Positions 1-11,849 of a stretch of 64,000 bases of DNA are shown in pieces. The stretch lies in assembly GCF_963921235.1 (NCBI RefSeq), contig NC_086098.1:558001-622000 (forward strand), in the 5' to 3' direction. Under the pieces are notes generated by a model, which ran no database searches, was not told the origin of the DNA, and saw only the letters and a program-made list of their open reading frames with translations. The stretch comes from Mobula hypostoma (Eukaryota). Numbering within the stretch: the stretch's first letter is position 1; each line of letters begins with the position of its first letter. The position numbers were made by a program, and so were the translations under genes.

Positions 1-1430
1 ATAGTTAATCTTTTCCCTCTTAATGACCTTCTTAGTTTCCTTTTGTAAGCTTTTAAAAACTTCCCAATCCTCTGTCTTCCCACTAATTTTTGCTTCCTTG
101 TATGCCCTCTCCTTTGCTTTAACTTTGGCTTATCTTGTCAACCATGGTTGCATCCTTTTTCCATTCGAAAATTTCTTCTTTTTCCTCACTTCTCACATAA
201 ACTCCAGCCACTGCTGTTCTGCCGTCCTTCCCGCCAGTGTCCCTTTCCAGTCAAACTTGGCCAGTTCCTCTTTCATGCCACTGTAATTTCCTTTACTCCA
301 CTGAAATACCGACACATCTGATTTCGGCTTCTCTTTTTCAAATTTCACAGTGAACTCAATCATGTTATGATCACTGCCTCCTAAGGGTTCCTTCACCTCA
401 ATCTCTCTAATCACCTCTGGTTCATTACACAATAGCCAATCCAGTACAGTCGATTCCCCAGTGGGCTCAGCAAAAAGCTATTCTAAAAAGCCATCTCGCA
501 GACATTCTACAAATTTTCTCTCTTGAGATCCAGTGTCGACCTGATTTTGCCAATCCACTTGAATGTTGAAATCCCCCACAATTATCATAACACTACCCTT
601 CTGACAAGCCTTTTCTATTTCCTGTTGTAATTTGTAGTCCACATCACTGCAGCTGTTTGGAGGTGTATAAATAACTGCCATCAGGGTCCTTTTACCCCTG
701 CGATTTCTTAGCTCAACCCATAAGGATTCTGCACCTTCCGATCCTATGTCACCTTTTTCTAATGATTTAATATCATTTCTTACCAATAAAGCCACGCCTC
801 CCCCTCTGCCTACCTTCCTATCCTTCCGATACACCGTGTATCCTTGGACGTTCAGCTCCCAGAGACATGTATCCTTTAGCCACGTCTCAGTGATGGCCAC
901 AATATCATACCTATCAATCTGTAGCTGTACGACAAGATCATCCACCTTATTCCTTATGCTGCGTGCATTTAAGTACAACACCTTAAGACCAGTATTTGGT
1001 ACTTTTCGCTTTGATTTCACTGCAAATTTATTGCACTGCAATTCATCCCAATGGCTACAAATTTGCCCCATCACCTGCCTGTCTTTCCTGACATCTTTAC
1101 TGCTCACTATCTTAGATTTACTTCTGTTTCCCCCTTCCTCCACTCTATCATTCGGGTTCCCATCCCCCTGCCAAATTAGTTTAAACCCTCCCTAAGAGCT
1201 CTATTGAACCTTCCCTCCAGGATACTGGTCCCCTTCAGGTTTGGGTGTAACCTGTCCTTTTTGAACAGGTCATACTTCCCCCAGAAGAGATCCCAATTAT
1301 CCAAGAATCTGAAGCCCTGCCCCCTGCACCAGTCTCTCAGCCACGCATTCATCTGCTTGATCTGACTATTCTTGCCCTCGCTTGCACGTGGCACAGATAG
1401 CAATCCCGAGATTACTACCCTGGAGGTCAT
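1..1430 (-). mobile_element. CR1 LINE fragment: ORF1 esterase C-terminus, ORF1/ORF2 junction and APE endonuclease
   Basis: ORF 1176..1478 ends ...DRLHPN..ALREGLN*. ORFs 478..1143 and 193..432 have YLNARS, ITETW, GDFN and GSDH endonuclease motifs. Same subfamily as 53815-58440. Confidence 0.92.
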
Positions 1431-1479
1431 ATACCCATGTATATGAAGGATGCAATTATTAAAGTCAATCCATATCAAT

Positions 1480-1740
1480 CAAAATTACATCTTTGTTTTT
1501 ATATTCTAGTCCACTTGAAATGAAAGCTAGCAATCCATTTGCCTTCATCACCACAGACTAAACCTGTTAATTAGCCTTTAGGGAATCCTGTACAAGAACT
1601 CTGATGTCCCTTTGCACCTCAGATTTTTGTGACTTCTCTCCACTCATAAAATTTCTTCCACCAAAGTGCATAATCATACACTTCCCAACACTGCATTCCA
1701 TCTGCCATTTCTTTGTTTCTTCTCCTAATCTGGCCAAGAG
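1480..1740 (-). mobile_element. Decayed CR1 RT C-terminal fragment
   Basis: KWQMECSVGKCMIMHFG...QRDIRVLVQDSLK (ORF 1567..1776). Confidence 0.75.
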
Positions 1741-1982
1741 CCCCCTAACCCTAAACTGTGCTGCTCCTAAGAGCACTCTGTGAGGTCATTCTTGGCCATT
1801 AGACTCTATTATGAGTCAACCCATAGGTGGGGAAGTGATGACACCCTCCTGTTAGACTGTTTGAGGTAAACTGTTTTCTATCCTTTCTTTCTTCTCTTCT
1901 AATATTTGTATATTTTCATATCTGTGCACTTGTAATGCTACTGTGATGCTGTAATTTGTACTGTGATACTGTGAAGCCGTAT

Positions 1983-2065
1983 GGCCAGATTTGGGAACAG
2001 CTTCTTTCCAACTGTGATTCCAATTCTTTTCCAATTGTTTGGCGACAATAAAGTATAAAGTATAA
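1983..2065 (+). mobile_element. Short 3' end of a Rex1/Babar-like LINE
   Basis: GCCAGATTTGGGAACAGCTTCTTTCCAACTGTGAT and CAATTGTTTGGCGACAATAAAGTATAAAGTATA match the reverse complement of parts of 5361-5675. Confidence 0.7.
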
Positions 2066-2501
2066 TTTTCTATCTAAGCTCTTCTGTAGCCTCTCTACTT
2101 CCTCAAAACTACCTACCCTGTCACCTATCTTCATATTGTCAGCAAACTTTGCAACAAAGCTCTCAATAACATCATCCAAATCATTGACATATAACGTAAA
2201 AAAAAATTGGTCCCAACACAGACCCCTGTAGAACACCAGTAGCCAGCCAGGAAGGATCCCTTTATTCCTTTATTTCCACTCTTAGCCTCCTGCCAATCAG
2301 CCACTGCTTTATCCATGTTAGAATCTTCCCTGCATTACCATGGGCTTGTAGCTTGTCAAGCAGCCTCATGTGTGGCACCCTGTCAAAGGACTTCAGAAAA
2401 TCCAAGTACACAACATCAAGCTATTCTCCATTATCTATCCTGCTTGTTATTTCTTCAAAAAATTCCAACATGTTTGTCAGGCAAGATTTCTCCTTCAGGA
2501 A

Positions 2502-3620
2502 CACGGTAGGCTTATTCAGAAAGTTAGAAGGCATGGGATCCAGGGAAGTTTGGCCAGGTCGATTCAGAATTGGCTTGCCTGCAGAAGGCAGAGGGTGGTG
2601 GTGGAGGGAGTACATTCAGATTAGAGGATTGTAACTAGTGGTGTCCCACAAGGATCTGTTCTGGGACCTCTACTTTTGTGATTTTTATTAACAATCTGGA
2701 TGTGGGGGTAGAAGGGTGGGTTGGCAAGTTTGCAGACGACACAAAGGTTGGTGGTGTTGTAGATAGTGCAGAGGATTGTCAAAGATTGCAGAGAGACATT
2801 GATAGGATGCAGAAGTGGGCTGAGAAGTGGCAGATGGGGTTCAACCCGGAGAAGTGTGAGGTGGTACACTTTGGAAGGACAAACTCCAAGGCAGAGTACA
2901 AAGTAAATGGCAGGATACTTGGTAGTATGGAGGAGCAGAGGAATCTCAGGGTACATGTCCACAGTTCCCTAAAAGTTGCCTCACAGGTGGATAGGGTAGT
3001 TAAGAAAGCTTATGGGGTGTTAGCTTTCGTGAGTCGAGGGATAAAGTTTAAAAGTCGCGATGTAATGATGCAGCTCTATAAAACTCTGGTTAGGCCACAC
3101 TTGGAGTACTGTGTCCAGTTCTGGTCACCTCACTATAGGAAGGATGTGGAAGCATTGGAAAGGGTACAGAGGAGATTTACCAGGATGCTGCCTGGTTTAG
3201 AAAGTATGCATTATGATCAGAGATTAAGGGAGCTAGGGCTTTGCTCTTTGGAGAGAAGGAGGATGAGAGGAGACATGATAGAGGTGTACAAGATAATAAG
3301 AGGAATAGATAGAGTGGATAGCCAGTGCCTCTTCCCCAGGGCACCACTTATATTGAGCAGTGGACATGTCTTTAAGGTAAGGGGTGGGAAGTTCAAGGAG
3401 GATATTCGAGGAAGGTTTTTTACTCAGAGAGTGGTTGGTGTGTGGAATGCATTGCCTGAGTCAGTGGTGGAGGCAGATACACTAGTGAAGTTTAAGAGAC
3501 TACTAGACAGGTATATGGAGGAATTTAAGGTGGGGGCTTATATGGGCGGCAGGGTTTGAGGGTTGGCACAACATTGTGGGCCGAAGGGCCTGTACTGTGC
3601 TGTACTATTCTATGTTCTAT
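2502..3620 (+). mobile_element. 5'-truncated CR1 LINE (RT C-terminal half, 3'UTR, (TTCTATG) tail)
   Basis: ORF 2678..3559 KFADDTK...RPHLEYCVQFWSP; 3' hairpin GGGCCGAAGGGCC; tail TATTCTATGTTCTATG. Confidence 0.93.
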
Positions 3621-4029
3621 GAACCATGAGGAAATCTATGAATGCTCTCAGTCAATAGGTACATTTAATAGGTACATTAAATGTTAGAGAAATGTATACA
3701 ATATACATCTTGAAATTCTTCCTCTTCAGTAACATCCAGAAAAACAGAGGAGTGCCCCAAAGAATGAATGTTAGAACCCCAACGCGCCCCCAGCTCCTCC
3801 TTCCCATGCATAAGCAGCAGGAAAGCAAGGACCCAACCTCCCCCAAGCAAAATTCATTGACACTCTCCAGCGAGCATGCACGCGTGCAGCACCCCACAGA
3901 CTATTCATTCATCGGTTATTCAACACTACCATAGTGTCGTGTTGTGTCTCCCCTCTCCCCTCTCCTCTCCCTAATAAGGGAAAGAGAGGTGTCCCCAATT
4001 TAGTCATCCAGGTCTTTGTATATTAAACA

Positions 4030-5335
4030 GTAGTAAATCAATGAGAGGGCACATTTTGGACAGGGATGACAGATTTCTTTGAAAGAGGGGCTAAAGAAGG
4101 CATCTTTGTCACACTGGAAAACCCATCCCTGAACTATATGACACTGCCTATCAAATACCTCTACCCCGGTGACTCAACAATAGTTCACACCTCCATTCAT
4201 GCCAAGATACGACTAATGACCCTCTCATTACCTCTACAACCTTCAACAACCCTCATGTGATTGGTATACCTCTACTTTTTGTGATTTTTATTAACGACCT
4301 GGATGTGGGGGTAGAAGGGTGGGTTGGCAAGTTTGCAGATGACACAAAGGTTGGTGGTGTTGTGGATAGTGTAGAGGATTGTCAAAGATTGCAAAGAGAC
4401 ATTGATAGGATGCAGAAGTGGGCTGAGAAGTGGCAGATGGAGTTCAACCCCGAGAAGTGTGAGGTGGTATACTTTGGAAGGACAAACTCCAGGGCAGAGT
4501 ACAAAGTAAATGGCAGGATACTTGGTAGTGTGGAGGAGCAGAGGGATCTCGGGGTACATGTCCACAGTTCCCTGAAAGTTGCCTCACAGATAGGGTAGTT
4601 ATGAAAGCTAACACCCCATAAACTTTCTTAAGTCGAGGGATAGAGTTTAAGAGTCACGATGTAATGATGCAGCTCAAAAAACTCTGGTTATACCACACTT
4701 GGAGTATTGTGTCCAGTTCTGGTCACCTCACTATAGGAAGGATGTGGAAGCATTGGAAAGTGTACAGAGGAGATTTACCAGGATGCTGCCTGGTTTAGAA
4801 AGTATGCATTATGATCAGAGATTAAGGGAGCTAGGGCTTTGCTCTTTGGAGAGAAGGAGGATGAGAGGAGACATGATAGAGGTGTACAAGGTAATAAGAG
4901 GAATAGATAGAACCAGCGCCTCTTCCCCAGGGCACCACTGCTCAATACAAGAGGACATGGCTTTAAGGTAAGGGGTGGGAAGTTCAAGGGGGATATTAGA
5001 GGAAGGGTTTTTACTCAGAGAGTGGTTGGTGCATGGAATGCACTGCCTGAGTCAGTGGCGGAGGCAGATACACTAGTGAAGTTTAAGAGACTACTAGACA
5101 GGTAAATGGAGGAATTTAAGGTGGGGGCTTATATGGGAGGCAGGGTTTGAGGGTCGGCACAACATTGTGGGCTGAAGGTCCTGTACTGTGCTGTACTATT
5201 CTATGCTCTATGTTAACACAGACTTTATAAACCGGAAACCTACGCACCATGGAGCAGAGCTGAAGAAGCTTCCTGGATGAGTGGTGGAATGTCTTCCAGA
5301 CAGCACAGTAAGTCCAGTTGCCTTGAGTTACTACT
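4030..5335 (+). mobile_element. Penelope-like element 3' remnant (GIY-YIG C-terminus and terminal repeat), split by a CR1
   Basis: FFERGAKEGIFVTLENPSLN (ORF 4066..4260) resembles the FERGVKEAIY..EKPSLN end of fish PLE endonucleases. 5260-5293 CTGAAGAAGC...GGAATGTC is a degenerate hammerhead core. Confidence 0.65.
4267..5212 (+). mobile_element. 5'-truncated CR1 LINE, same subfamily as 2502-3620
   Basis: Near-identical sequence and tail; ORFs 4257..4598 and 4699..4971. Confidence 0.92.
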
Positions 5336-6162
5336 GCTTCCTATGCTGACTATGGCCTGTTTATACTTTATACTTTATTGTCGCCAAACAATTGATACTA
5401 GAACGTACAATCATCACAGCGATATTTGATTCCGTGCTTCCCGCTCCCTGGATTACAAATATTAAATATTAAAAATATTTAAAAATAGTAAAAATTAGTA
5501 AATATTAAAAATTTATATTATAAATCATAAATAGAAAATAGAAAAATGGAAAGTAAGGCAGTGCAAAAAACCGAGAGGCAGGTCTAGATATTTGGAGGGT
5601 GCAACCCAGATCCGGGTCAGGATCCGTTCAGCACTCTTATCACAGTTGGAAAGAAGCTGTTCCCAAATCTGGCCGTACGAGTCTTCAAGCTCCTGAGCCT
5701 TCTCCCGGAGGAGGGAAGAGGGATGAAAAGTGTGTTGGCTGGGTGGGTCGTGTCCTTGATTATCCTGGCAGCACTGCTCCGACAGCATGTGGTGTAAAGT
5801 GAGTCCAAGGACGGAAGAATGGTTTGTGTGATGTGCTGCACCTTGTTCACGATCTTCTGCAGCTTCTTTCGGTCTTGGACAGGACAATTTCCATACCAGG
5901 TTGTGATGCACCCTAGAAGAATGCTTTCTATGGTGCACCTATAAAAATTAGTGAGGGTTTTAGGGGACAGGCCAAATTTCTTTATTTTTCTCAGCAAGTA
6001 AAGGCGCTAGTGAGCCTTCTTGGCAGTGAAATCTGCTTGGTTGGACCAAGTCAGGTCATTTGTGATATTGACCCCGAGGAACTTAAAGTTTTTGATCTGT
6101 TCCACTTGCGCACCACCGATGTATATTAGGTCGTGTGGTCTGCTACTCCTTCTGAAGTCAAC

Positions 6163-7015
6163 TGTTACATACCTCAAGGAGATCTTGTGACTTTCTTGTG
6201 AGAGTGATGTAATGGTCTTTTGGAGATCACCTGATGTAATTTTCCCACCGATGTGAGGTCACGTGATGACATGTTCACCACGGGTATAACAAGGAAGACC
6301 CCTGGTGACGCAGTTAGTTTTCCAGTTAGAACGTCAATGAGATACTCTGCTCCGCTGCTTATTTGCATTACGACGCAGTTTTGATTTTAAACGGAATTTT
6401 ATGTTCTAATGTAAGGTACAGAAATCTGAGCCAGCAGTTTGACCAATCGCTGCCAGGTTTGTTAATGTATCTTTTCAGTAACATTGCAGAGTGAAGACGG
6501 GACCCTGAAGGAGACGTTCGATGGGTTTGGAAAGGATCGACCATTACTGAATTTGTTCAAGAAAGTGATCTGCATGAAATAGCCTCTGCTAAAAAGGCAG
6601 CAGGAAAGGCTGTGCAGGATCTATTCTACGGAGGCAGGTCAGTGCCTTTAAAACTGTTTTATTTCCATCATCATGAATTCTGTGGACAAGGCAGAATCCG
6701 ATTGGGAGTGACAGTGACGTTGTGTCTTCGAGAAATTTGTTACTTCATGAAGGTCTCTCCTAATTGACTGTATAAATCTCCTGGACTTTAAAATTTACCA
6801 TTCGAGAAACTGTGTTTGAATTTATCACTTTAAGAACTGGTTTTGCATTATCGCTTTAAGAACTAGTACTGAGTAGCGGTTTACTGAATGGCCGCGTAGC
6901 CATTTACTTCCAGTTAGGATTTTCATTTTTTTTCCATTGTTTATCAGGGCTTAATAAATGTTTGTTTGTTTATAAATCCTGACTCGATATATTCATTGTT
7001 GCCGATCATGTGACA
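6163..7015 (+). mobile_element. Solo LTR (853 bp)
   Basis: TGTTACAT...ATGTGACA termini; 4-bp TSD CAAC (6159-6162, 7016-7019); AATAAA near 6953; removal restores the Rex reading frame. Confidence 0.88.
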
Positions 7016-7161
7016 CAACAACCAATCCCTTTGTCTTGCTGATGTTGAGGTATAGGTTATTGTCTTCGCACCATGCCACCAGGTTCTTAATTTCCTCTCT
7101 GTCCTCTCTTCCTCTCATTACCCGAGATACAGCCTACAATTGTTGTGTCATCAGCAAACTT

Positions 7162-9461
7162 ATTTTTTTTTTACCTAGTACTAGATCTAGTATGGGTCAG
7201 GTCACAGATTTCTCAGTGGGTGAGCATCTGGGGGACAGTGACCACCACTCCCTGGCCTTCAGCATTATCATGAAAAAGGATAGAATCAGAGAGGACAGGA
7301 AAATTTTTAATTGGGGAAGGGCAAATTATGAGACTATAAGGCTAGAACTTGCGGGTGTGAATTGGGATGATGTTTTTGCAGGGAAATGTACTATGGACAT
7401 GTGGTCGATGTTTAGAGATCTCTTGCAGGATGTTAAGGATACATTTGTCCCGGTGAGGAAGATAAAGAATGGTAGGGTGAAGGAACCATGGATGACAAGG
7501 GAGGTGGAAAGTCTAGTCAGGTGGAAGAAGGCAGCATACATGAGGTTTAGGAAGCAGGGATCAGGTGGGTCTATTGAGGAACATAGGGAAGCAAGAAAGA
7601 AGCTTAAGGGGCTGAGAAGAGCAAGAAAGGGGCATGAGAAGGCCTTGGTGAGTAGGGTAAAGGAAAACTCCAAGGCATTCTTCAATTATGTGAAGAAAAA
7701 AAGGATGACAGGAGTGAAGGTAGGACTGATTAGAGATAAAGGTGGGAAGGTGTGCCTGGAGGCTGTGGAAGTGAGCGAGGTCCTCAATGAATACTTCTCT
7801 TCGGTATTCACCAATGAGAGGGAACTTGATGGTGAGGACAATATGAGTGAGGTTGATGTTCTGGAGCATGTTGATATTAAGGGAGAGGAGGTGTTGGAAT
7901 TGTTAAAATACATTAGGACAGATAAGTCCCTGGGGCCTGACGGAATATTCCCCAGGCTGCTCCATGAGGCGAGGGAAGAAATTGCTGAGCCTCTGGCTAG
8001 GATCTTTATGACCTCGTTGTCCACGGGAAAGGTACCGGAGGGTTGAAGGGAGGTGAATGTTGTCCCCTTGTTCAAAAAAGGTAGTAGGGATAGTCTGGGT
8101 AATTATAGACCAGTGAGCCTTACGTCTGTGGTGGGACAGCTGTTGGAAAAGATTCTTAGAGATAGGATCTCTGGGCATTTAGAGAATCATGGTCTGATCA
8201 GGGACAGTCAGCATGGCTTTGTGAAGGGCAGATCGTGTCTAACAAGCCTGATAAGAGTTCTTTGAGGAGATGACCAGGCATATAGATGAGGGTAGTGCAG
8301 TGGATGTGGTCTACATGGATTTTAGTAAGGCATTTGACAAGGTTCCACACGGTAGGCTTATTCAGAAGGTCAGAAGGCATGGGATCCAGCGAAGTTTGTC
8401 CAGGTGGATTCAGAATTGGCTTGCCTGCAGAAGGCAGAGGGTGGTGGTGGAGGGAGTACATTCAGATTAGAGGATTGTGACTAGTGGTGTCCCACAAGGA
8501 TCTGTTTTGGGACCTCTACTTTTCGTGATTTTTATTAATGACCTGAATGTGGGAGTAGAAAGGTGGGTTGGCAAGTTTGCAGATGACACAAAGGTTGGTG
8601 ATGTTGTAGATATTGTAGGGGATTGTCAAAGATTGCAGAGAGACATTGATAGGATGCAGAAGTGGGCTGAGAAGTGGCAGATGGAGCTCAACCCGGAGAA
8701 GTCTGAGGTGGTACACTTTGGAAGGACAAACTCGAAGGCAGAGTGCAAAGTAAATGGCAGGATACTTGGTAGTGTGGAGGAGCAGAGGGATCTGGGGGTA
8801 CATGTACACAGATCCCTGAAGGTTGCCTCACAGGTGGATAGAGTAGTTAAGAAAGCTTATGGGGTGTTAGCTTTCGTAAGTCGAGGGACAGGGTTTAAGA
8901 GTCGCGATGTAATGATGCAGCTCTATAAAACTCTGGTTAGGCCACACTTGGAGTATTGTGTCCAGTTCTGGTCACCTCACTATAAGAAGGATGTGGAAGC
9001 ATTGGAAAGGATACAGAGGAGATTTACCAGGATGCTGCCTGGTTTAGAAAGTATGCATTATGATCAGAGATTAAGGGAGCTCGGGCTTTACTCTTTGGAG
9101 AGAAGGAGGATGAGAGGAGACATGATAGAGATGTACAAGATAATAAGAGGAATAGATAGAGCAGCGCCTCTTCCTCAGGGCACCACTGCTCAATACAAGA
9201 GGACATGGCTTTAAGGTAAGGGGTGGGAAGTTCAAGGGGGATATTGGAGGAAGATTTTTTTACTCAGAGTAGTTGGTGTGTGGAATGCACTGCCTGAGTC
9301 AGTGGTGGAGGCAGATACACTAGTGAAGTTTAAGAGACTACTAGACAGGTATATGGAGGAATTTAAGGTGGGGGCTTGTATGGGAGGCAGGGTTTGAGGG
9401 TCGGCACAACATTGTGGGCCGAAGGGCCTGTACTGTGCTGTACTAGTCTATGTTCTATGTT
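7162..9461 (+). mobile_element. 5'-truncated CR1 LINE with a short 5' inversion
   Basis: 7-bp TSD CAAACTT (7155-7161, 9462-9468); ORFs 7036..8046 (CR1 part), 8053..8470, 8477..9214; TTCTATG tail. Confidence 0.93.
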
Positions 9462-11849
9462 CAAACTTGTATATTGAGTTTGATGGAAACTTGGCTACAC
9501 AATCATGGGTGTACAGTGAGTACAGCAGGGGGCTGAGTACACAGCCTTGTGGGGTACCGGTGCTCAGAGTGATTGTAGAGGAGATCTTGTCCCCTATTTT
9601 TACAGCCTGGGTCCTGTCTGTGAGGAAGTTGAAGATCCAGCTGCAGATCTGAGTGCTAAGGCCCAGGTTCCGGAGCTTAGGAATCAGTTTATTTGGAATG
9701 ATGGTATTGAAGGCAGAGCTGTAGTCAATGAAAAGGAGCCTTACGTATGCGTCTTTATTCTCCAGGTGTTATAAGGAGGAATGTAGGGCCAGAGAAATCG
9801 TATCCGCCATTGACCTGTTGCTCCGGTAGGCGAATTACAAAGCGTCGAGGTTGACTGGTAGGCTGTGGTTGATGTGTGCCATAAACAATCTCTCGAAGCA
9901 CTTCATAGCAATTGATATCAGAGCCACAGGTCGATAGTCATTCAGGCATGCCACCTTGCTCATCTTCGGCACTGGGATTATCGTTGCCTTCTTAAAACAC
10001 GAGGGGATCTTAGACTGAAGCAAGGAACAGTTGAAGATGTCAGCAAACACTCCAGCTAGCTCGCTTGCACAGGCCTGGAGAACCCGTCCTGGGACGCCAT
10101 CTGGGCCCGTTGCCTTCCTTGGATATATCTTCAGGAAGGCCCTTCTAACGTCCTCCTCGGTGACGATGAATCTCGATGCCACCAGGTCCGGTTCATCCGG
10201 AGGGAGTGGGACACTCTTCTTCTGTTCGAATCTTGCATAGAATACATTTAGTTCGTCAGGAAGAGAAGTTCCACAATTATTGATATTCCCAGCCTTTTCT
10301 TTGCGCCCAGTGATCTCATTTAGACCCTGCCATATTCTACTGGCATCCCTCTGTTTAGCCTGGGTTTCCAACTTGGCTCGATATTGCCTCTTGGCGCCCT
10401 TAATGGCTTTCCGGAGTTCACGTATGGATTCCGCGTAACGACTGGTATCCCCGGACCTAAAAGCCGCAGCTCTAGCCTTTAAAAGGGACTTGACCTCATA
10501 ATTCATCCAAGGTTTCCGGTTAGGGAATACCCGGATCGTCTTGCGAGACACACAGTCCTCTGTGCATTTCCAGATAAAGTCTGTGACAGCTGAGGCATAC
10601 TCATCGAGGTTAGCTGCCGAGTCCTTGAATACTAACCAGTCCACTGATTCAAAGCAGTCACGGAGGACCTCATCCGTTCCCTCCGTCCAACACGACACTA
10701 CTTTTGACACCGTGACCTCCCGCTTCAGTTTCTGGTTGTAAACCGGGAGGAGTAGTATGGCCTGATGGTCCGATTTTCCGAAGTGAGGTCGTGGGACGGA
10801 ACGGTAGGCATCCTTGACTGCTGTGTAGCAGTGGTCAAGTATATTCGGGCCTTTAGTGGGGCAGGAGACATGTTGGTATAACTTTGGCAGCGCCTTTCTG
10901 AGGTTGGCCTGGTTAAAGTCCCCGGCTGTAATGAGCAAAGCCTCCAGATACCTGGTCTCAAGTTCACTGATGTTGGCATACAGTATGTTCAGAGCACACT
11001 CCACGTCCGCCTGGGGTGGAATGTAGACCGCTGTCAGTATGACCAAGGTGAATTCCCGTGGCAGATAGTAGGGACGACTCTTCACCGACAGGTGTTCCAG
11101 GTCCGGGCTGCAGGAGCTTGTCAGTGCCACTGTGTCCGAGCACCACGCAGTGTTGATCAATATTTGATTGTGTGCCTGCAAGTACCCTGAGATCTCATTC
11201 TTAATAATTGACTCCAGCATCTTCCCAACCACTGAGGTCAAACTAACTGACCTATTGTTTACTTCCTTCAGCCTCTCTCCTTTCTTGAAGAGAGGAGTGA
11301 CATGTGCAATTTTCTAATGCCTCCATGATCTCTTCAGCCACCTCTTTCAGAACTCTGCGGTGCAGGTGACTTATCTACCTTCAGATCTTTCAGTTTCCCA
11401 AGAACCAGCTCTCTAGTTATGGTAACTTCACACACTTCAAGACCCCTGACACCTGGAGCTTCCATCATACTGCTAATGTCTTCCACTGATGCAAAATATG
11501 TATTCAATTCATCTGCCATTTTGTTGTCTCCCAATACTACCTCTCCAGCATTGTTTTCCAGTGGTCTGCTATCCACTGTTGCTTCTCTTTTACACTTTAT
11601 GTATCTGAAGAAACTTTTGGTATCCTCTTTAGTATTACTAGCTAGCTTGCTTTTGTATTCCATCATTACCTTCTAAACAACTTTTTAAAATTCTCTTCTG
11701 TTGGTTTTTAAAAGCTTCCACATCCTCTAACTTTCCATAAATTTTTGCTCTATTACACGGTCTCTCTTTGGCTTTTAGGTTGGCCTTGACTTCTCTTGTT
11801 AGCCATGGTTGTGTCATCTTTCTCTTCGAATACTTCCTTTTTGGGATGT

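Larger units (their letters stand above)
5361..11160 (-). mobile_element. Rex1/Babar-like LINE (EN-RT, 5'-truncated) interrupted by a solo LTR and a CR1
   Basis: PYYLPREF...AGDFN...SDH...NDYRPVAL (9835..11160). Removing the inserts restores NSIYKFADD and LNISKTKGLVVDFR. C-terminus ...FGNSFFPTVIR (5617..5997); (TAAAGTA)n tail. Confidence 0.88.
2067..11840 (-). mobile_element. Old CR1 ORF2 fragment split by nested insertions (pieces ~2067-2501, 5341-5360, 11161-11840)
   Basis: The pieces rejoin to a continuous CR1 sequence (...TTCAGGAA/CTATGCTGACTATGGCCTG/TTTGATTGTGTGCC...), compare 26120-26165. Motifs KSCLTNMLEFF, KFADN, LTSVVGKMLES. Confidence 0.75.

Noticed and set aside
1..1430. Inverted segmental duplication with 54160-55470
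   Set aside because: Similarity is confined to CR1 sequence; these are independent copies of one subfamily.
7036..8046. 336-aa ORF with an unusual N-terminus
   Set aside because: The N-terminus is antisense Rex sequence and junction filler read into CR1 ORF2.
9835..11241. 468-aa ORF as a novel fusion protein
   Set aside because: Chance in-frame junction of a CR1 fragment (first ~27 aa) with a truncated Rex EN-RT at the insertion boundary.
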